Origin: Candidatus Latescibacterota bacterium
GTDB taxonomy: Bacteria > Latescibacterota > UBA2968 > UBA8231
DNA length: 64,000 nucleotides
Assembly (NCBI GenBank): GCA_965206595.1
Contig: OZ242214.1
Coordinates: 960,001-1,024,000 of the forward strand
Direction: 5' to 3'
Part shown: positions 24,072 through 34,390 of the stretch, piece after piece
How the letters are laid out: each line of letters opens with the position of its first letter
Numbering within the stretch: the stretch's first letter is position 1
Translations under genes and position numbers: made by a program
Notes under the pieces: model-generated
Seen by the model: the letters and a program-made list of their open reading frames with translations, nothing else
Told to the model about the DNA's origin: nothing
The model's database searches: none

Positions 24072-25025
24072 ATGGCCCCTTCCCATCCCAGCAAGCAGTT
24101 GCAAGCCCTCGGCCTGCTTATCTGGCTGGCCGTCTCCGCCGGAGCCCACATCGGCGACCGCTTGTACCCGATCCACTATCTCAGCGACGAGATGCTGGAA
24201 AAGATCGACCTCAAGGACGGCTCGGTGGAGGAGTGGCAGGAGCTGATCAGCGAGCCGTCCATGACCCTGCTGGATTTCAGAGAGGTAAATGACAGGTCAC
24301 TCGATCCGTCCGACCTCGACTTCCGCATCTGGCTGGCCTGGCACGACGACCCCGCCCGTTTCTACGTGGCCTACGTTGCCAGCGACGACATATACCAGAA
24401 CACCCACGAGTACAACGTCAGCGAAACTTCCGTACGAGATTTAATGATCCTGCATGACAGTATCACCTTCGTGATCGACGGGGATCACAGTGGTGGTGCG
24501 GGCTGTCCCGGTAATTGCTCCATGGAAGAGTGGACGGAGATTCGCAGGCGAAGTCAGGAATACCAAGCCATCGCCCGAACCCCTGACGGCCCGACCTTGG
24601 ATGACAGGCCGACCAGGTATTTGTCGGGAGAGTTCGCCTGGACGGTCCTGCCCCCCTACGGGGACGCCGGCGGAAGCGTGGCCGGAGAAAACCCGACCAT
24701 CAGCGTGATCGAGCTGTTCGTCACGCCGTTCGACCGCTGGGCGTACGACGACATCGAGGGGAGCGTGGCCAGCGATCTGACCGCGGGACAGGTCGTCGGC
24801 TTCGGGATCATGTTGTATGACGAGGACCCACCTGAAGACGAGTGGGGGCATGTCTGGGTCGAAGCCACCCAGCCTGTCGATCACTCCAATGCCATCTGGG
24901 GGATGCAGGAGGATGGGTATCTCGACGGCATGCTGCTGCCCCCCGCCGGCGCGGAATCCGGGGAAGACAGCGCGGTCGAGTCGGTTTCCTGGGGCCGGAT
25001 CAAGGCCTCCCTGGAGATGGAGTAA
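24072..25025 (+). CDS. Tandem paralogue copy 2: secreted acidic protein, possibly CBM9/DOMON-like beta-sandwich
   Basis: Signal peptide ending AGA-H; DGSVEEW, RIWLAW...RFYVAYVASDD, DSITFVIDGD, GFGIMLYDED; tail SWGRIKASLEME. Confidence 0.85.
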   Translation: MAPSHPSKQLQALGLLIWLAVSAGAHIGDRLYPIHYLSDEMLEKIDLKDGSVEEWQELISEPSMTLLDFREVNDRSLDPSDLDFRIWLAWHDDPARFYVAYVASDDIYQNTHEYNVSETSVRDLMILHDSITFVIDGDHSGGAGCPGNCSMEEWTEIRRRSQEYQAIARTPDGPTLDDRPTRYLSGEFAWTVLPPYGDAGGSVAGENPTISVIELFVTPFDRWAYDDIEGSVASDLTAGQVVGFGIMLYDEDPPEDEWGHVWVEATQPVDHSNAIWGMQEDGYLDGMLLPPAGAESGEDSAVESVSWGRIKASLEME

Positions 25026-25038
25026 GGAGGGAAAGCAG

Positions 25039-26005
25039 ATGACTGGTATGCGAATCGAAAAGCATTGCTGCGCCGCCCTGGGCCTCGTCCTGTGGCTGGC
25101 CGTCTCGGCCGGGGCTCACGTAGGCGACCGCGTGTACCCGATCGCCTACCTCAGCGACGAGATGCTGGAACGGATCGATCTCAGGGACGGCTTGGTGGAG
25201 GAGTGGCAGGAGCTGCTCGGCGAACCCACAATGACCACCCTGGATTTCGGGAGTATGCTGGATCCTGATCCGTCCGACCTGGACTTCCGCATATGGCTGG
25301 CCTGGCACGACGATCCGGACCGTTTCTACGTAGCCTTCGTGGCCAGCGACGACGAGTATCAGAACACCCACGACTACAATGTCAGCGAAACCTCCGTACG
25401 GTCCCATATGGACCAGCATGACAGTATCACCCTGGGGATGGACGGAGATCACAGCGGGGGTGCGGGCTGTCCCGGTAATTGTTCGGTGGAAGAATGGACG
25501 GAGATTCGCAGGCGAAGTCAGAAATACGACGCCATCGCCCACATCCCTGACGGCCCGACCTTGGATGACCGGGTGACCAGGGAGGCGATGGGTGAGTTCG
25601 CCTGGATGGTCCTGCCCCCCTACGGGGACGCCGGCGGAGGCGTGGCCGGAGAAAACCCGACCATCAGCGTCATCGAGCTCTACGTCACCCCGTTCGACCG
25701 CTGGGCGTACGACGACATCGAGGGGAGCGTTACCAGCGATCTGACTGCAGGACAGGTCATCGGCTTGGGGATCCAGGTGTACGACACGGACCCGGCCGGA
25801 GACCCACCTGAATTCGACGGGTTCGCGCTGCCTTGGTCATCCGACCCCATTGAGCATAATGTTCTCTACTGGGCCATCTTCGGCATGCAAGAGGACGGCT
25901 ATCTCGACGGCATGCTGCTGCCCCCCGCTGGCGCGGAATCCGGGGAGGACAGCGCGGTCGAGTCGGTATCCTGGCCGGATCAAGGCCCCCCTGGAGATGG
26001 AGTAG
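25039..26005 (+). CDS. Tandem paralogue copy 3, 2-nt frameshift inside the C-terminal tail
   Basis: RBS AAGGAGG; same framework; TCCTGGCCGG at ~25969-25978 versus TCCTGGGGCCGG in copies 1 and 2. Confidence 0.85.
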
Positions 26006-26153
26006 CGGGCGTACCCGCTGTCCCGTCGTCCTCCCTACGCCACCACCCTTACCTCGGGCCGGCCTGACACTTGGCCAGCCTGCATTCCTTCGGCTCCGGG
26101 AAATCCCGTGGCGGTGCCGGCGATTTTTCCGAAACCAGGATCGCTCCCGCCGG

Positions 26154-26822
26154 CTACAGCAGCGGAAGAGCCTCTTCCAGAGAGATCTCCCTGAAGCTCT
26201 GGCGAGCCCCGTCCCGCGGCATGCCGTCGAGGAAGCGCTCGCGCCGCCGCTGCCAATCGCCGTCCCCTTCCACCGAGTCGAACATCGCCGCCGCCCAATC
26301 GCGGATCGGTTCCGCCTTGGAGGTGGCGACCTCGAGGGTCGGCTCCTCCACCTGCCCCTCCTCTGAGTACAGGAGGCAGCGCCTGACGTTGCGCTCCAGG
26401 CTCGCCATCTGCACCCGCTGAAACTCGTTGCTCCGCGGCGGCCGGTCAGGCAGCAGCAGGATGCCGACGCCGCGGTCGGTGATGGCCGCGGCGGTTTCGT
26501 TGGCCCCTTCGGGGACCGGCACGTCCTTGCGCCCGGGCCAGATGTCGAACATGGAGTACGACGCCGGCGGCTGCCGCCGTTGGAACGAGAAGAAGTCGGG
26601 GTAGGCGAAGAAGTCGCCCCCCTCCTCGCGGTAGCGGTCGTAGAAGGCGGTGACGCAGGCCATGATCAGCAGGGTGGCTCCCGCCCCTTCGCAGCCCTCC
26701 GGAGCGAACAGCCCGAGCCGGTCGGTCCTGGCGAAGCCGGCGAAGTAGCGGGCGTGCGTCGTCGCCTGCCCGCGGTCGACGATCTCGAAATCGGTGCTCG
26801 CGAAGACTGCCGTGCTGTGCAT
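26154..26822 (-). CDS. Hypothetical protein
   Basis: RBS AAGGAGA; MHSTAVF...; GC-biased codons; no family recognised. Confidence 0.7.
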   Translation of the reverse strand: MHSTAVFASTDFEIVDRGQATTHARYFAGFARTDRLGLFAPEGCEGAGATLLIMACVTAFYDRYREEGGDFFAYPDFFSFQRRQPPASYSMFDIWPGRKDVPVPEGANETAAAITDRGVGILLLPDRPPRSNEFQRVQMASLERNVRRCLLYSEEGQVEEPTLEVATSKAEPIRDWAAAMFDSVEGDGDWQRRRERFLDGMPRDGARQSFREISLEEALPLL

Positions 26823-26869
26823 GTGCTCTCCTTGTGCGTAAAGCGCGAGGACTTTCGTGCCGTGAATAG

Positions 26870-27688
26870 CTACAGGTCGAACAGGGAGGGCGGGTCCCCC
26901 TCCGGATAGCGGTCGAGGTATCTCTGAATGTACTTCCGGGTCACGGGGGGCATGCGGTCCAAGTGCCCATCCCGGGTCAGCGGCTCGCGCTGTCCGTGCT
27001 CGTGAGCCATCACCGTGGCCCCGGCGCTCCAGAAGGCGCAGTGCAGGGTCCAGCGCTTGCGCCCCTCCGGGTTCCAGCCGCGGTGCCAGAGGTTGGCGTT
27101 GTAGTAGGCGATGTCCCCCGGCTCCAGGCCGACGACGAGGGCGTTCGGCATCGCTCCGGATTCGCTGCGGGACGCCTCGATCTCCGCGGCCGTCGACGCC
27201 CGCCGGTGACTCCCGGGGACGATGTGGAGGAAGCGGTCCCCGGCAACGAGCGGCGCGTTGAACTGCACGAAGCTGCCCTCGTGCCGGCGCAGGTACGCGG
27301 TCTCGTCCGCGTCTCCCGGACGGCACAGGTCGCGGTGCCATTTCTGGGTGTACGGCTGCCCGCCGCCCCCGGCGAGCATTCCGAACAGGCAGTGGCGTAC
27401 CTCCCCGCCGCTAACCAGGGCCTCGAGATGGGGTGCGAGGTCCGCGTCGATCCAGTCGGCGAAGGCCGGGTGGTACTTGTCGGGGTTCAGCAGGTGGCCG
27501 GTGCGTGCCGGCAGACGGAGCTCGCGGTCGATCCAGCCCAGCTCGCATTCTCCCGCAAGGCCCTTGTCGATCATCCGCTCCACCCCCTCGAGAAGGGCCT
27601 GTACGCGGGATTCCGCAAAGGCCTGCCGCAGAACGAGGACCCCTTCCGTGGCGTACGTCCCCTGGTCTTTTTCCGAGATGGCCTTCAA
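26870..27688 (-). CDS. Phytanoyl-CoA dioxygenase (PhyH) family protein
   Basis: KWHRD, LHIVPGSH, LEPGD, LWHRG; TTG start inferred. Confidence 0.85.
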   Translation of the reverse strand: MKAISEKDQGTYATEGVLVLRQAFAESRVQALLEGVERMIDKGLAGECELGWIDRELRLPARTGHLLNPDKYHPAFADWIDADLAPHLEALVSGGEVRHCLFGMLAGGGGQPYTQKWHRDLCRPGDADETAYLRRHEGSFVQFNAPLVAGDRFLHIVPGSHRRASTAAEIEASRSESGAMPNALVVGLEPGDIAYYNANLWHRGWNPEGRKRWTLHCAFWSAGATVMAHEHGQREPLTRDGHLDRMPPVTRKYIQRYLDRYPEGDPPSLFDL

Positions 27689-27873
27689 CGGTGGATCAAT
27701 CTCCGTGAACAGTTGGCGGTCCGGCGCTGCCCGCCTTGTCTCACGCCTTCCAAGCGCCGTGCCGCGGTCCCTCCTTCGGGGCGCCGCGGCGTTTGCCTGA
27801 ACCGCGGGCGTGGAGTCGTGCGGAAATGTAACGCCCTTCGCACAACCATCCGCGGTTTTAAACTTGCCCGGCT

Positions 27874-28311
27874 TCATCCAGACCCAATCCCGTCAAATTC
27901 GCAATATGCCCTGCCAGCTCGGCTTCGTACAGCCGCCAGATCACGCATGCAATACGCGATCATCAGCACTTTACCCGAGGTTGCAGATGCGGCAATCAGT
28001 TCCTGGCAGGCCGCTTCATCATTGGCCATGGGTTTTTCGAGCAGGACGTGAACGCCCGCATTGAGACAGGCACATCCTGCGGAAGAGTGCAAATCGTGGG
28101 GCAGCGCGAGCAATACGGCATCTACCGTGTCCAGGATCTCGCGATAATCCGTCGCCACACAGGCTCCGGGAAATTGCTGCGCGACTGCTTCTGCGCGTTC
28201 GGGAACGACATCGACGGCAGCGGCCAATGCGACCCGGTCGCTCAGGGTGTGAAACCGCCGCATGTGGACACCCCCCATGCCGCCACATCCGATCATACCC
28301 AGTTTGATCAT
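27874..28311 (-). pseudogene. Gfo/Idh/MocA oxidoreductase, N-terminal domain only
   Basis: IGCGGMG, HVLLEKPMA; homology ends after IAYCMR. Confidence 0.8.
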
Positions 28312-28737
28312 GTGCCTTTCCCTTTCCCTTGGCCGGGGTTCACTCCTGTAGAGTCCGATAGCTGACTGATATGAATAAGGGCTTTTTTGAGGGGGTCAGG
28401 TCAAGCGGTGCAGGTGTCTTGGGAGTTGCCCGGCGCAGGCTTCTCGGTCGGCGGGAAAACCCCGCTGAAACTGCGATCCGCCCTCGGGCAATCCAGCCGG
28501 CTGCACGGGGCGCGGTAACCTTGAGTCATGCGGTAAGGCCCCCGTCTTGTTCTTCAAACAGAACCTGCCCCCGCCGCGGGACCGTTGAAGGGAGCGGGCG
28601 TTTTTTGGTGTCTCCGGTACCGGCTCGTACTTTTTCTGTCCGCACAACTCCTTGCGCCGGCGCCGCACTTTTCGTGCGCCAATCATCATCCGCACCTTCG
28701 CGACAACTCCATGGCAAATCAGGAAACAGGCATATCA

Positions 28738-30825
28738 ATGAGAAACAGTCTGCTCCTTCCCGCCTCGCTGACCGCCCTCTGCCTCTTCGCGCAATGCGGC
28801 GATCCCGGGCAGGAACCGCCCGCGCCGCAGACCCCGGAGGCGGCTCCGAAATACACCGGCGATCTTCCCGACCTGCGGTCGCGCGGCGTCCTGCGGGTGA
28901 TCGTGCCGCTGGATGCGATCTCCTACATGCCCCGGCAAGGGGAGCAGGTGACCCTCGACTACGACATCGCCCGCGACCTGGCCGAGGCCCTCAAGCTGAA
29001 AGTCGAGCTGGTCGAGGTCGGGGATTTCTCCCAAATGATGGGTAAGCTCCTGGAAGGGGAGGGGGACGTGGTCGCCGCCAGCCTGACCATCACCCCGGAC
29101 CGGCAGAAGCGGACGGCGTTCTCGGTCCCCTATCTCCACGTCGACGAGTACCTGGTCACGAGGTCGGGGGGGGATCTCCCCGAGACGGTCGACGACCTCG
29201 CCGGCATGGAGGTCAGCGTGCGCAAGTCGAGCTCGTACTACGGGACCCTGGTCGAGCTTCAGAAGCAGGTCCCGACCCTGCGCATCGACACCGTGGAGGA
29301 AACCCTCAACATCGAGGGAATACTCGCAGGAGTCGCCGGCGGCAAGTACGAGGCGACCGTGGCGGACGCGCACCTGTGGCAGGCCCTGTCCAGTTACTAC
29401 GACGGTCTGGCGACCCCGCTGGTGCTGGCCATGGAGCGGCCGATCGCACTGATGATGCGGCCAGGCGACAGCGAGCTCAAGGCGAAGGTGGACGAGTTCC
29501 TCCACGCCCGGCAGTTCACGCGCGGGGGCCAGCAGGAGTTCACCGACGACCTGCCCGGACTGATCGAACGCGGCCGCTTGCGCATGATCACGCGCAACAA
29601 CGCCATGACCTACTTCATCCACCGCGGCCTGCAGGTCGGGTTCGAGTACGAGCTGATGAAGAAGTTCGCTTCCGAACATGGCCTGCGTCTCGAGATCGTC
29701 ATCCCGGACAGCCACGCCGAGTTGCTGCAGTTCCTGAACGAGGGCAAGGGGGACGTCGTGGCCGCGGCCATGACCATAACCCCGGAGAGGCAGGCCCTGG
29801 CCGCCTTCAGCCGGCCCTACAACGAAGTGGACGAGCTGGTAGTGGTACGGGCGGACAACGATACGATCTCCAGTCTTGGCGACCTTGTCGGCCGCACCAT
29901 CCACGTGCGCGCCAGCTCCTCGTTCTACACGACGCTGACGGCCCTGCAGGATTCCCTTGAGGGCCTCGAAATCGTGGCGCTGCCGGACGACGTGGAGACC
30001 GAGGATATCCTCGCCGGGGTCGAGGAGGGCCTCTACGACATCACCATGTGCGACTCCAACCTGCTCGAGGTGGAGCTCGCCTACGGCCGCCGGCTGAAAG
30101 CGGCCTTCAGCATCAAGTCGACGGAGCTGGGCTGGGCCGTGCGCAAGGGGAACCCGGCCCTGCTCGCGTCGCTCGACCACTACGTGAAACGGGAGAAGGG
30201 CGGCCTCTTCTTCAACATGATGAAGAAGCGGTACTTCAAGAACTCGCGGGCAATCGCCCGTGCCAAGGACTCCATGCGGGTCGACCTCGGCGGGCAGCTG
30301 TCCCCCTTCGACGGGCTGGCGAAGAAATACGCGGTGCGCTTCGGCCAGGACTGGCGCCTGCTCACCGCGCAGATGTACCAGGAATCGAAGTTCGATCCGG
30401 ATGCCGTGAGCTGGGTCGGGGCCCAGGGACTGATGCAGATCATGCCAAAAACCGGGCAGCAGCTGGGATTCAGCAACCTGCAGGATCCCGAGGAGAGCAT
30501 CCACGCCGGGGCCAAGTACATGCACCAGCTCCTCGACCGCTTCGGCCGCGAGATCCCGGTGGAGGAGCGCATCCGCTTCGCCCTGGCGTCCTACAACGTC
30601 GGCTACGGCCACCTGCTCGACGCCCGCCACCTGGCGCGGGAGCAGGGGTGGGATCCCGACCGCTGGTTCGGCCAGGTGGAGGAGGCGATGCGCCTGCTAT
30701 CGCAACCGGCCTACTACAAGCGGGCGCGCTACGGCTTCTGCCGCGGCGGCCAGCCGGTGCACTACGTCGAGAACATACAGGACCTGTACGGCGCCTACGT
30801 CGCCATACTGGAGAACGCGAGGTGA
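28738..30825 (+). CDS. mltF: MltF-like lytic transglycosylase with two substrate-binding domains
   Basis: Lipobox-like LFAQC; two SBP_bac_3 repeats; YQESKFD, GAQGLMQIMP, ASYNVG. Confidence 0.88.
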   Translation: MRNSLLLPASLTALCLFAQCGDPGQEPPAPQTPEAAPKYTGDLPDLRSRGVLRVIVPLDAISYMPRQGEQVTLDYDIARDLAEALKLKVELVEVGDFSQMMGKLLEGEGDVVAASLTITPDRQKRTAFSVPYLHVDEYLVTRSGGDLPETVDDLAGMEVSVRKSSSYYGTLVELQKQVPTLRIDTVEETLNIEGILAGVAGGKYEATVADAHLWQALSSYYDGLATPLVLAMERPIALMMRPGDSELKAKVDEFLHARQFTRGGQQEFTDDLPGLIERGRLRMITRNNAMTYFIHRGLQVGFEYELMKKFASEHGLRLEIVIPDSHAELLQFLNEGKGDVVAAAMTITPERQALAAFSRPYNEVDELVVVRADNDTISSLGDLVGRTIHVRASSSFYTTLTALQDSLEGLEIVALPDDVETEDILAGVEEGLYDITMCDSNLLEVELAYGRRLKAAFSIKSTELGWAVRKGNPALLASLDHYVKREKGGLFFNMMKKRYFKNSRAIARAKDSMRVDLGGQLSPFDGLAKKYAVRFGQDWRLLTAQMYQESKFDPDAVSWVGAQGLMQIMPKTGQQLGFSNLQDPEESIHAGAKYMHQLLDRFGREIPVEERIRFALASYNVGYGHLLDARHLAREQGWDPDRWFGQVEEAMRLLSQPAYYKRARYGFCRGGQPVHYVENIQDLYGAYVAILENAR

Positions 30826-31025
30826 TTGGGAAGGGAAGTAGGGATCGCCGTGGTTAACGTCCTCCATCAGGAGACCGAGACGGACCGCCTTGTTTGCCCG
30901 TCGCTGACCGGTTTATTCTTTGGGGGCGGGGAAGAAGAACGGCAGCATTACGTAGTAGCTCATCGGCCTCCGGTGGCGGCTCGATGACCGTGGGCCTAAT
31001 GCGGTCATATCGCGAGAGGTACGGA

Positions 31026-31217
31026 ATGGATTATCATAAGTATGTCTTTTGGAAGGATGGCGATATGTGGCTTGGTTACCTGGAGCGCTATCCCGACTAT
31101 TGGACCCAAGGTGAGACGCAAGAAGAGTTGCGAGAAAACCTGAAGGATCTGTACGGCGACCTCACAGGCGGCCTTATCCCTTGCGTGCGCGAGGCTGCTG
31201 TGTTGGAAATCGGATGA
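31026..31217 (+). CDS. hicB: HicB-family antitoxin (short form)
   Basis: WLGYLERYPDYWTQGETQEELRENLKDLY. Confidence 0.85.
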   Translation: MDYHKYVFWKDGDMWLGYLERYPDYWTQGETQEELRENLKDLYGDLTGGLIPCVREAAVLEIG

Positions 31218-31251
31218 AGCGGCGAGACTTGATCCGAGCTTTGGAAAGTAT

Positions 31252-32787
31252 GGGTGTAGCCGCGTTTTTACGCAGCCATGGTGTAGGGTTGAGAGGTAGT
31301 CTTTTTAAGGTGCCAGTTCCAGAAAGCCTGCCATCGTTTCGATTGCACGTGGATTCGTAAGTTGAGAATCTGCTGTCCGCCTTCGCGCCTCCAGCGCATG
31401 CCGCTGCGTTTGAGTCGATGGCCGACCAGGGTCTTGGCGGCCGCCTCCACGGGACCACTGGAGAGGATCAAGCCCGAAGCGTGATAGCCGGCGTAGTCCA
31501 TTTTATCCCGGTTGTTGCGGAAGTAGCCCAGTTCGGTGGTCGCCTGACGATGGCGTTGTGATCCTTTTGGGAGTTGGCGCCGATGGTAGGCCAGGGAACG
31601 GATCAGGCCCTGAACGGCACCGGGCTCATGGCGCAGTTTGTGGCGCCATCGTCGATACCAGCGAAAAGCTTTTCCCGACCGCTTGCCGAAGAGGTGCTCG
31701 GCGGCGTGGTAGAAGTCGAGAATGCGGGTGAAGCCGTCGAACACCCCGAGCCCATCCATGGTACGCCAGATCTCGCGCTTGCCGTCGGCCAACACCACCC
31801 GGTGCTCGTAGCTCCCTTGCTGCAGCGCCCGATCCGTCTGGTTCACCAGGCCGTTGACCAAAGTTTCCATTTTCGCCTCCGGCATACGGGCGGCATAGCG
31901 CACGTCGACGCGTTGGGGTTCCTCCGCCTCGGGATCCAGCGGCGTCAGGTAGGTGGCGACCATGCCCACCCCCGCCTCTTTCCAGGCCGTGGGGGCGCTG
32001 TCGGTTTCGCTGTCCATCGGTCGTTCGGCGGGCCGTCCGCGCTTGGGTGCCGGTTCCCGCAGGGGCACGGTAACTCCGTCCCAACTGACCACCAGGGTGT
32101 CGCCCTCGGGATCCAGCGGCGCCGCTGTTTGCAAGGCCAACTCGAGTTGTTCGGCGTGGTCCTCGGCATACTGTCCGACCCGGGTCAACAGCTGCTGAAT
32201 CGCCGTGCGCGAGGGCGGCTCGGGCAGCAATTCACGCAAGCTGTTCTCGACCTCGGCAGGGACCATGCCGGCGCCCAGAAACGCCGTCAGGCGCTCCCGT
32301 TCCGGCACCATGAATCGCTTGACCATGCCGCAGCGCTCATCCAGAGGCACCCGACTCGGTCCGCCGCGATCGGGCTGATACAGCCGCCGCGCCACCACAA
32401 CCTTGCCCCACAGGGTCATCCACTCCTTGTCGACCACCTGCTTGAATCGGTACACCTTCCCCTGGTGTACCACGGTGTCGTCGCCCAATTCACAAGCTTG
32501 GGCCAAGCGTTGGAAGCCGCTTCGACCGATGTCGTCCAAACACGATCGAAACTCCCCCAGCATCTGGCGAAAGGCATCCGGTCCTGCTTGCCCGGACTGC
32601 AGGCGATGTTCCCACTGCCGGACATTTTCCTGCAGGTTGGTCAGGCGAGCGCTCAAATCTTGCGTATCTTCCATCCGGGACCCCTTTCCGGTTTTTGGGC
32701 GTAAGTGCATATACCCAAAAGTACAACTCGTACCCGGACTTGGGGTCCCACTCTTGTTAAGAAATGCGTAAAATGGAGGCTACACCC
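31252..32787 (-). mobile_element. ISKra4-like insertion sequence with 8-bp TSD
   Basis: IR GGGTGTAGCC / GGCTACACCC; TSD GAAAGTAT at 31244-31251 and 32788-32795. Confidence 0.9.
31268..32674 (-). CDS. ISKra4-family (UPF0236-like) transposase
   Basis: VSWDG, LADGKREIW, LDFYHAAEHL, SGPVEAAAK, RLKRSGMRW. Confidence 0.85.
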   Translation of the reverse strand: MEDTQDLSARLTNLQENVRQWEHRLQSGQAGPDAFRQMLGEFRSCLDDIGRSGFQRLAQACELGDDTVVHQGKVYRFKQVVDKEWMTLWGKVVVARRLYQPDRGGPSRVPLDERCGMVKRFMVPERERLTAFLGAGMVPAEVENSLRELLPEPPSRTAIQQLLTRVGQYAEDHAEQLELALQTAAPLDPEGDTLVVSWDGVTVPLREPAPKRGRPAERPMDSETDSAPTAWKEAGVGMVATYLTPLDPEAEEPQRVDVRYAARMPEAKMETLVNGLVNQTDRALQQGSYEHRVVLADGKREIWRTMDGLGVFDGFTRILDFYHAAEHLFGKRSGKAFRWYRRWRHKLRHEPGAVQGLIRSLAYHRRQLPKGSQRHRQATTELGYFRNNRDKMDYAGYHASGLILSSGPVEAAAKTLVGHRLKRSGMRWRREGGQQILNLRIHVQSKRWQAFWNWHLKKTTSQPYTMAA

Positions 32788-33071
32788 GAAAGTATGGGTT
32801 GTATTTTCATTCGGCATGGAGCCAAGCACGACTGGTATCAAAATCCGCGGACCAAGCTGTCCCAACCTGTTCCTCGCCACCGGGAGATTAATGATCAGTT
32901 GGCAAGGCGCATTATCAAAATGCTGGCGCCGTAAGTCGTCCACTGACAGGATTTTCCCCCACCAGACAATAGGCGATGATTAAAGAAAGAACTGATACTC
33001 CTTAGGTATCAGGGGTTCCATCTGCACCTTACTTAAAGTTTTAAAACTATACCACTACCGATTTTGTCCCC

Positions 33072-34312
33072 TCAGGAGTACCGCTGCCGCACCGTCCGCT
33101 CTCGATCCCTGGCCCGGTCCAGGGCGTGAGGGAAACGCGGGTTGGGCAGGGTGTTCGGTCCCGGTTCGTAGGGGAAGCGCTTCTCGACGTCCACCACCAC
33201 CTCGATGCCCAGGCCCGGGCCGTCCGGCAGGGTCACCCAGCCGTCGACCGGCCGCGGTGGATCCTCGAGCAGCTCGTAGCGGAACCCGTTCGGGTACATG
33301 AAGAACTCGCAGATGTGACCGGTCGCGGCGGCGGCGGTCAGGGCAGGTTGGCCGCGGTTCCGATCGAGGACTGCCAGTTGTGGGGGACGATGCGGATGCC
33401 GTGCTCTTGTGCAGCGCCGGCGATGCGCAGGTCCTCGGACAGGCCCTGCCTGGACGCGTCGATCTGCATGGCGTCGTACACCCCCCGTTCCAGCCACGGG
33501 CGGATTTCCTCCAGGCTTTCCAGGCTTTCGCCGCCCCACAGCATGACGTTGGGCATGCGCTCCTTCAGCGCGAGGTAGTCGTCGAACTGGGCGGGTCCGG
33601 TGTCTCCCATCGGCTGCTCGAAGAAGAGGAAACCGAGGTTGTCGATGACCGGGGCGATCTCCAGGCACTCCCCGTACGTCCATGAGTCGTACCCCTTCTT
33701 CTCGAGGCCGAGGTCGAAGTTCGGGCCCACGGCCTCGCGCAGCCGCCGGCAGACTTCTCCCAGCTCGGCCGGGGTAACCTCGGCTTCTTCCCAGTCCGTC
33801 CCGGGGCGCCACTTGAAGGTGTCGAACCCCATCTCCCGGTACTGCAGCGCTTCCTGAATCAGCTGCTCGGCGCCGAACGGCTCGCCGTCGCCGCGGTCGT
33901 GCCAGGTCCAGTTCACCCCGCCGCTGGCGTAGACCCGCACCCGGTCGCCGCGCTCCGGGGCGAGCAGCCGGTGCAGCGGCTCTCCCTTGGCCTTGCCGAT
34001 GAGGTCCCAGCAGGCGATGTCGGCCCCTGCGGACAGGCCCAGGGTCTCGACGTCGAACGGGTTTCTGCCGATCAGGTGCCGGAAGTCGCCGTCGCCGTCC
34101 GCCGGCTCGACGCCGATGCCGACCAGGCCCTCCGCCGTGAAAACTTCCAGCAGGCCGATGTCGACCTTGGTGAGCACTACCGGGCCGCACTCGTGGACAT
34201 ATCTGCCGTCGGACGGCTTCGAGGTCAGGCGAGTCAGCGTGGCGCCGGTGATGGTGAGGTTTTCGCGGCCTGTGCGGTCGGCGATGGGGGTCGGGCTCGT
34301 GGCTTCGCTCAC
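33072..34312 (-). CDS. Mandelate racemase/enolase-superfamily protein, frameshifted near 33340
   Basis: DIACWDLIGK, FKWRP, FFEQP, PHNW; tail LPDGPGLGIEV in another frame. Confidence 0.8.
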
Positions 34313-34390
34313 TGTCTTTCTCCGTGGAAGAGATGGGCGCTTTGGCGTTGAAGGGTACGCCCCCCGGGCCCAAGGCGTCAGGCCGGTGCC

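Larger units (their letters stand above)
31214..32934 (+). pseudogene. hicA: HicA toxin split by an ISKra4-like element
   Basis: Removing the IS and one TSD gives MKRRDLIRALESMGCIFIRHGAKHDWYQNPRTKLSQPVPRHREINDQLARRIIKMLAP*. Confidence 0.9.

Noticed and set aside
23406-26005. Diversity-generating retroelement explaining the paralogue variation
   Set aside because: No reverse transcriptase in the window, and the differences include indels and all four bases rather than adenine-specific changes.
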